Source: Deltaproteobacteria bacterium HGW-Deltaproteobacteria-13 (GTDB lineage Bacteria > Desulfobacterota > Syntrophia > Syntrophales > Smithellaceae). From it: a stretch of 64,000 nt of DNA. The position numbers and the translations under genes were made by a program. Below are positions 58,985 through 64,000 of this stretch, piece by piece. The stretch spans positions 303,577-367,576 of the forward strand of contig PHBJ01000005.1 in assembly GCA_002840555.1 (NCBI GenBank), written 5' to 3'. Position 1 is the stretch's first letter; each line of letters begins with the position of its first letter. Under the pieces are notes generated by a model that was not told the DNA's origin, searched no databases, and saw only the letters and a list, made by a program, of their open reading frames with translations.

Positions 58985-60667
58985 ATGACGCAAGATACAA
59001 CCTCTAACCCCACTGATTTCATCCGTGATATTATCGATGACGACCTGAAAACCAACAAGAACAACGGAAAAGTCGCTACCCGTTTTCCGCCGGAACCGAA
59101 CGGCTATATCCATATCGGACACGCCAAGTCCGTATGCCTCAATTTCGGCATCGCCCGGCAGTATCAGGGAACCTGTAACTTAAGACTTGATGATACCGAC
59201 CCGGCGGGGGAATCCATGGAATTCGTGGAATCGATCATTCATGACATCCGCTGGCTGGGATTTGACTGGGAGGATCGCCTGTTTTATGCCTCCGATTATT
59301 TCGAGAAGATTTATCAATTTGCCATCGAACTGATTAAATCCGGCAACGCGTATGTATGCTCTCTGAGCCCCGATGAAATCAGGGAGCTTCGCGGAACATT
59401 TACTGAACCGGGCAAAGACAGTCCCTATCGCAATCGAACCATTGAAGAAAATCTTGACCTGTTTGGCCGGATGCGGGCAGGCGAGTTTGCCGACGGCGCC
59501 CATGTTCTGCGCGCCAAAATTGACATGGCCGCGCCGAACATTGTCATGCGCGATCCCATTATCTACCGCATCAAACGGGAACCGCATTACCGGACAGGGA
59601 CAAAATGGGTCATTTATCCCATGTACGACTTCGCTCATTGTCTCTCCGACGCGCTGGAAGGCATCACCTACTCCATCTGCACACTGGAGTTTGAAAACAA
59701 CCGCCCCCTGTATGACTGGATTGTGGAGCGGTTGATCACCGGCTTGCGCCCCCGGCAGATCGAATTCGCCCGTCTCAATTTGAGTTACACGGTTCTGAGC
59801 AAACGCCGTCTTATCGAACTGGTGCAGGAAGGCCATGTGAAAGGATGGGACGATCCGCGCATGCCCACCGTCACGGGTCTGCGCCGCCGGGGCTACACTC
59901 CGGAAGCCATTAGAAATTTCTGCGCCCAGATCGGCGTTGCCAAAAACGACAATCTGATCGACGTGGCTCTGCTGGAACATTGCATCCGCGAAGACCTCAA
60001 TGAACACGCGCCCCGCGCAATGTGCGTTTTGCATCCCCTGCGCGTTGTCATCGACAATTACCCTGAAAACCAGGTGGAGCAATTCGAGTGCGCCAACCAT
60101 CCGCAAAATCCGGAAATGGGCACGCGAAAAATTCCTTTCTCTAAAGTTTTATACATCGAACAAGACGACTTTATGGAAAATCCGCCGAAAAAATATCATC
60201 GTCTGGGGCCAGGACGCGAAGTCCGCCTCAGAAACTCATATGTGATAAAATTTGAAAGCATGGTGAAGGACGATCGGACCGGCAACGTGTTGGAATTGCA
60301 CTGCACTTATGATCCGGATACGCTCAACGGCCCGCCGGCGGACGGCCGCAAGGTGCAGGGTGTTATCCACTGGGTGTCGGCGCAGCACGGTATCCCCGCC
60401 GAGATACGCCTATACGACCGTCTGTTCAGTATCGAGGATCCGGGAAGTGAAGAAAATTTTGTCAAGTATCTGAATCCGAATTCGTTGGAGATCCTGACGA
60501 CCTGCTATGTCGAACAAAACCTGAAAAACGCGGAACCGGGAAACCAATACCAGTTTGAAAGACTGGGGTATTTTTGCGTTGATGCGAAGGACACGGCCGC
60601 AGGGAAGCCTGTTTTCAACAGGGTTGTGCAGCTACGGGATTCGTGGGCCAAGATTGCAAAAAACTAA
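58985..60667 (+). CDS. glnS: Glutamine--tRNA ligase
   Basis: '[18 protein letters not shown]', 'YPMYDFAH', 'VLSKR', 'WDDPRMPT', 'QFERLGYF'. Confidence 0.97.
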   Translation: MTQDTTSNPTDFIRDIIDDDLKTNKNNGKVATRFPPEPNGYIHIGHAKSVCLNFGIARQYQGTCNLRLDDTDPAGESMEFVESIIHDIRWLGFDWEDRLFYASDYFEKIYQFAIELIKSGNAYVCSLSPDEIRELRGTFTEPGKDSPYRNRTIEENLDLFGRMRAGEFADGAHVLRAKIDMAAPNIVMRDPIIYRIKREPHYRTGTKWVIYPMYDFAHCLSDALEGITYSICTLEFENNRPLYDWIVERLITGLRPRQIEFARLNLSYTVLSKRRLIELVQEGHVKGWDDPRMPTVTGLRRRGYTPEAIRNFCAQIGVAKNDNLIDVALLEHCIREDLNEHAPRAMCVLHPLRVVIDNYPENQVEQFECANHPQNPEMGTRKIPFSKVLYIEQDDFMENPPKKYHRLGPGREVRLRNSYVIKFESMVKDDRTGNVLELHCTYDPDTLNGPPADGRKVQGVIHWVSAQHGIPAEIRLYDRLFSIEDPGSEENFVKYLNPNSLEILTTCYVEQNLKNAEPGNQYQFERLGYFCVDAKDTAAGKPVFNRVVQLRDSWAKIAKN

Positions 60668-60669
60668 TG

Positions 60670-60773
60670 AAAAACGCTCATCTGCTGCGTTGCGCTTCAG
60701 CTCTCGTTGCTCACGTACGTTAAAAGTACGCTCCGCTACTCGATCCTCGCGCGCCTTGCATCTAAGCATTTTT
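60670..60773. repeat. About 105-bp imperfect palindromic intergenic element (MITE/REP-like)
   Basis: Ends aaaaacgctcatctgc ... gcatctaagcattttt are imperfectly inverted around a central cgtac-gttaaaa-gtacg. Only one copy in the window. Confidence 0.55.
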
Positions 60774-60820
60774 GAATAGTCTTAAAAAGTTGGATTTTTG
60801 TAAGAATCTGATTTTAAATT

Positions 60821-60894
60821 TGGCTGGGGAATAAGGATTCGAACCTTAATAAACGGAGTCAGAGTCCGTTGTCCTACCATTGAACGATTCCCCA
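60821..60894 (-). tRNA. tRNA-Gln(CTG)
   Basis: TGGGGAATCGTTCAATGGTAGGACAACGGACTCTGACTCCGTTTATTAAGGTTCGAATCCTTATTCCCCAGCCA: complete cloverleaf with encoded CCA. Confidence 0.96.
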
Positions 60895-61302
60895 GCAAGG
60901 AATATTGAAAAGCGCCGCAGGTCCTGTTCTTTTTAGGGAAACGAACTTTCAGGCGGCGTGAATATAATGCGATTGCTTTATTATGTCAACAATTTTTCTT
61001 CTTTCTTTACTCCAGCCTTTTCCTCAATATCTCCGTATGCTTCTGATAATATTATTCGTGAATTAAAGGTACCCTTATAAATAAATTCAAATTTAACAAG
61101 AGGCTTTTTTCAGAATTATTTCCGCTAACTGCCGCCTTAAATTCCTGTTTCTCCATCCTGTCTTTTTATGTTACATTACAATATGCAATGGTTGGAATTA
61201 AACGGCACTGCCGGGGAACCGGAAACACACCGGGAAAAAACCATTGAGGTTGCGGATAATGATCATAACGGCTATCTTTGTTTTATCAATAAGGCGCGCA
61301 TC

Positions 61303-63627
61303 ATGACGGACAGCGATTTGGCCGCAAAACGCAGCAGACTCATGAGTAGAAGGAAATTTTGCGGCATTCTGGCGGGATCGCTGATCAGCACGGGATTCCT
61401 TCCGCCAATTTTGCAGGCACGGATTATGGAAACAACACCCAAAGAAGATATTTTCGCTTTTATGGATCGCACGGTGGGCAGGTTTGACCGCACAACTTAC
61501 CGGCAGCTCATCGGAGCAGCCAATGCGTTCAAGGAAGGTGATCAAATCATGGGCCTCGCCGCTACCGACGAGGCGATACGATCAAAAGCACGCCAGCTTT
61601 TATCCAACACCCGGATTGGCGATATTCTGCAACATCCGTTATTCGAAGACAAACTGTATTCCCGCCTGCTCGAAAATCTCTCTCCGGATTCGGTAAAAAA
61701 GCTCAGCTCCATGACGATGGGAGATCTGAAAGAATTTCTTCTGTCGCGAAAAGCCTCTGAAATTCAACCCATTCTCAATGGCTTGAGCAGCGATGTCATC
61801 GGGTGCGTGGTCAAGATCATGTCCAACGAAGAACTCATCGCCGTTGGACGGAAAATATTCAATCCTCTTGCCGGAACAGGCATTGGCGCCCAAGGATATA
61901 TGGGCGCCCGCATCCAGCCCAATTCCCCGACGGATAATCCCGATGACGTAATCTGGCAGATCTTTTCCGGATGGTCTTATGCGACAGGCGATGTTATTCT
62001 GGGAGTCAATCCGGTGAGCAGTTTACCGGAATCCGTTGCAGTCCTGGAAACAACGCTTTCCGAGCTCCGCAGCGTTTTTAAAGTTGAAGACATCATCCCT
62101 CACAGTGTTCTGGCTCATATAGATATTCAGGCGGCGGTGGAAAAACTGCAACCCCAAACCACGGGAGTCTGGTTTCAAAGCCTTGCCGGCAGCGACAAAG
62201 CAAACGCCACATTTGATATCTCCCTGGAAAAGATGCTTGACTATGCAGAGCAGAGGACGGGGCAATACGGATTTTATTTTGAAACCGGCCAGGGCGCGGA
62301 TTTCACCAACGGCAGCGGTCAGGGAACGGATATGGTTATTCACGAATCGCGTAAGTATGGTTTTGCCCGTCTGCTGAAAATGAAGATCGCTGAACAGCAG
62401 CAAAAATCCGGGCACATCCCTGCGCCGTGGGTGCATGTAAACGATGTGGCCGGGTTCATCGGACCGGAAGTCTTTCGCACCCGCGAACAACTGGTGCGCT
62501 GCTGTCTGGAAGATATCGTGATGGGCAAACTCCACGGGCTTACCATCGGTCTGGATATCTGCTCAACCCTGCATATGGACGTTACGCTGGATGACCTGGA
62601 CTGGTGCCAGGATCAGATCATGCCGGCCAATCCCGCGTACCTTATGGCCCTGCCGACTAAAAATGATCCCATGCTGGGATATCTGACAACCGCCTTTCAG
62701 GATCATGTCCGCCTTCGCGAAAAATTCGGTTACAAGGTCAATGACAGGATGTGGCAATTCTTTAAGAAGCTCGGCATCATTGACGCCGGGGGGCGTCCCA
62801 CGACTCTCTTTGGCGACCCTCTCTGGGTATGGTATCAGTACAGGCGTGCCAAAGGCGATACCCGTTCAAAAAATGAAATCATCCGTGAAGGAAAACAAAA
62901 GATGAAGGAAGTCCGCGCTCGCGGCGTTTATCTGGCGGAAGGATTTGACCGGAAAACCTGGAAAATGTCGCCGGCGCTTGATCGTGAAATTCGAGACCTT
63001 TACGCGGACGCCAAGAAATCCATCTGGGTCGAACTTGACCCGTCTTTTGTCGCGGCTATCCCGAAAGCGGTCCCTCTGAAAACCCGCTCACAGGATCGAA
63101 CCGATTATATCCTGCATCCGCAAACCGGAGAAGAATTGGATGAGCCCTCTTTGCAGACGATCAAAGCGCTTAAGGCAAAAAGAAGCGGGCAAAGCCAGGT
63201 GCAAATCATTATTTCCGATGGTCTGAATGCCCACGCCATCATGGATCAGGGGCATCTGGCTCCGTATCTTGCCACTCTCGCAAAATGTTTGTTAAAGAAT
63301 AATTTGAAACTTGCCCCTGAAATTCTGGTGATTAAAGGCGGCCGGGTCCGGGTGGGCTACCGCATTGGAGAAATCCTGTTTGATGCATTACCGGATGCGC
63401 AGGAACACAAGGCCATCATTCACATCATTGGCGAACGTCCCGGAACCATGCATCATACATTTTCAGCTTACATTTCCGCGCCAAGCGCAGGAATCTGGTC
63501 AAAGGCCAACATCGATCACAACATTACCCGTGTGGTTTCCGGTATAGCGGATACGGCGCTGGCCCCCGATATTGCCGCTCAAGAAACAGTAAAAATTATG
63601 GATGGTCTATGGAAAACGACAAGCTGA
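61303..63627 (+). CDS. eutBC: Fused ethanolamine ammonia-lyase large+small subunit (EutB-EutC) with N-terminal twin-arginine signal
   Basis: EutB motifs RIQPN, GVNP, FQSLAG, YFETGQG, GFIGPE, LED..MGKL. EutC motifs ISDGLNA, RVRVGYRIGE, IIGERPG. N-terminal SRRKFCGILAG...LQA. The ORF track starts at 61168; 61303 or 61342 is more likely. Confidence 0.88.
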   Translation: MTDSDLAAKRSRLMSRRKFCGILAGSLISTGFLPPILQARIMETTPKEDIFAFMDRTVGRFDRTTYRQLIGAANAFKEGDQIMGLAATDEAIRSKARQLLSNTRIGDILQHPLFEDKLYSRLLENLSPDSVKKLSSMTMGDLKEFLLSRKASEIQPILNGLSSDVIGCVVKIMSNEELIAVGRKIFNPLAGTGIGAQGYMGARIQPNSPTDNPDDVIWQIFSGWSYATGDVILGVNPVSSLPESVAVLETTLSELRSVFKVEDIIPHSVLAHIDIQAAVEKLQPQTTGVWFQSLAGSDKANATFDISLEKMLDYAEQRTGQYGFYFETGQGADFTNGSGQGTDMVIHESRKYGFARLLKMKIAEQQQKSGHIPAPWVHVNDVAGFIGPEVFRTREQLVRCCLEDIVMGKLHGLTIGLDICSTLHMDVTLDDLDWCQDQIMPANPAYLMALPTKNDPMLGYLTTAFQDHVRLREKFGYKVNDRMWQFFKKLGIIDAGGRPTTLFGDPLWVWYQYRRAKGDTRSKNEIIREGKQKMKEVRARGVYLAEGFDRKTWKMSPALDREIRDLYADAKKSIWVELDPSFVAAIPKAVPLKTRSQDRTDYILHPQTGEELDEPSLQTIKALKAKRSGQSQVQIIISDGLNAHAIMDQGHLAPYLATLAKCLLKNNLKLAPEILVIKGGRVRVGYRIGEILFDALPDAQEHKAIIHIIGERPGTMHHTFSAYISAPSAGIWSKANIDHNITRVVSGIADTALAPDIAAQETVKIMDGLWKTTS

Positions 63628-63737
63628 ACCGGCGGAAAGGAAATCTGCGGCTGTCCCTAGTGAAGCATTGAACTTTCGCACCCTACGAAGGCAGTGATTT
63701 ATCAACTTTTAAAAAAAGAGAAAAGGAGATATACATC

Positions 63738-64000
63738 ATGAAGAAGAGTTTGATTATTTTTGTTGTTCTTTTGTCCATGCTCTGGAGCGCAGGCGCCTTT
63801 GCGGAAATCAAAGAAGGATTATGGGAAATCACGACGCAGGTGGAGATTAAAGAGATGCCGCAAGCCATGCCGCCCACCACGACCCGTCAATGCATAACCC
63901 AAAGTGATCCCGTTCCCAAAAACGAGGATAAAAACCATGATTGTAAAATCATCGATCAGAAGGTCAGCGGCAGCAAGATCAGCTATACTGTGGAATGCAA
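63738..64000 (+). CDS. DUF3617-like exported protein (truncated by window end)
   Basis: Manual translation MKKSLIIFVVLLSMLWSAGAFAEIKEGLWEITTQVEIKEMPQAMPPTTTRQCITQ...CKIIDQKVSGSKISYTVEC, with AGGAG RBS. Confidence 0.8.
   Translation, partial: MKKSLIIFVVLLSMLWSAGAFAEIKEGLWEITTQVEIKEMPQAMPPTTTRQCITQSDPVPKNEDKNHDCKIIDQKVSGSKISYTVEC

Noticed and set aside
42130-60106. Long antisense or alternate-frame ORFs (e.g. 42130..43173, 54887..55384, 59180..60106, also 16644..17357 and 62023..62535)
   Set aside because: They overlap well-supported genes on the opposite strand, lack motifs, and are expected shadows of codon bias.

Overview
64 kb of bacterial chromosome. Gene content (acyl-CoA dehydrogenase, long-chain acyl-CoA ligase, IorAB, rubredoxin/rubrerythrin/FprA, GlnRS) fits an anaerobic Desulfobacterota/Syntrophia-like organism such as Smithella; this taxonomy is inference. 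Housekeeping blocks (mutS, oxidative-stress genes, iorAB, xth, liv, cfa, glnS, tRNA-Gln) surround an accessory zone at about 17.6-48.6 kb. That zone holds a candidate lipid/amide tailoring cluster (GH3 amide synthetase, two GNAT-like proteins, three stand-alone condensation-fold acyltransferases, GDSL hydrolase, CapA-like metallophosphoesterase, RhlB-like glycosyltransferase), a type I R-M operon with a fourth ABC-ATPase/TOPRIM gene, a DinJ-YafQ pair bracketed by direct repeats, a TetR-controlled ABC-2/TolC exporter whose TolC carries an extra C-terminal domain, and a fourth condensation-fold paralog. Outside it, the main observations are a family of palindromic REP-like repeats that directly flank a DUF559 endonuclease gene sitting inside the liv operon, a fused EutB-EutC ethanolamine ammonia-lyase with an apparent Tat signal, and a tRNA-Asn gene with a broken acceptor end. 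No CRISPR array, rRNA, integrase or transposase was seen. All family calls come from motif recognition by eye, not database searches.
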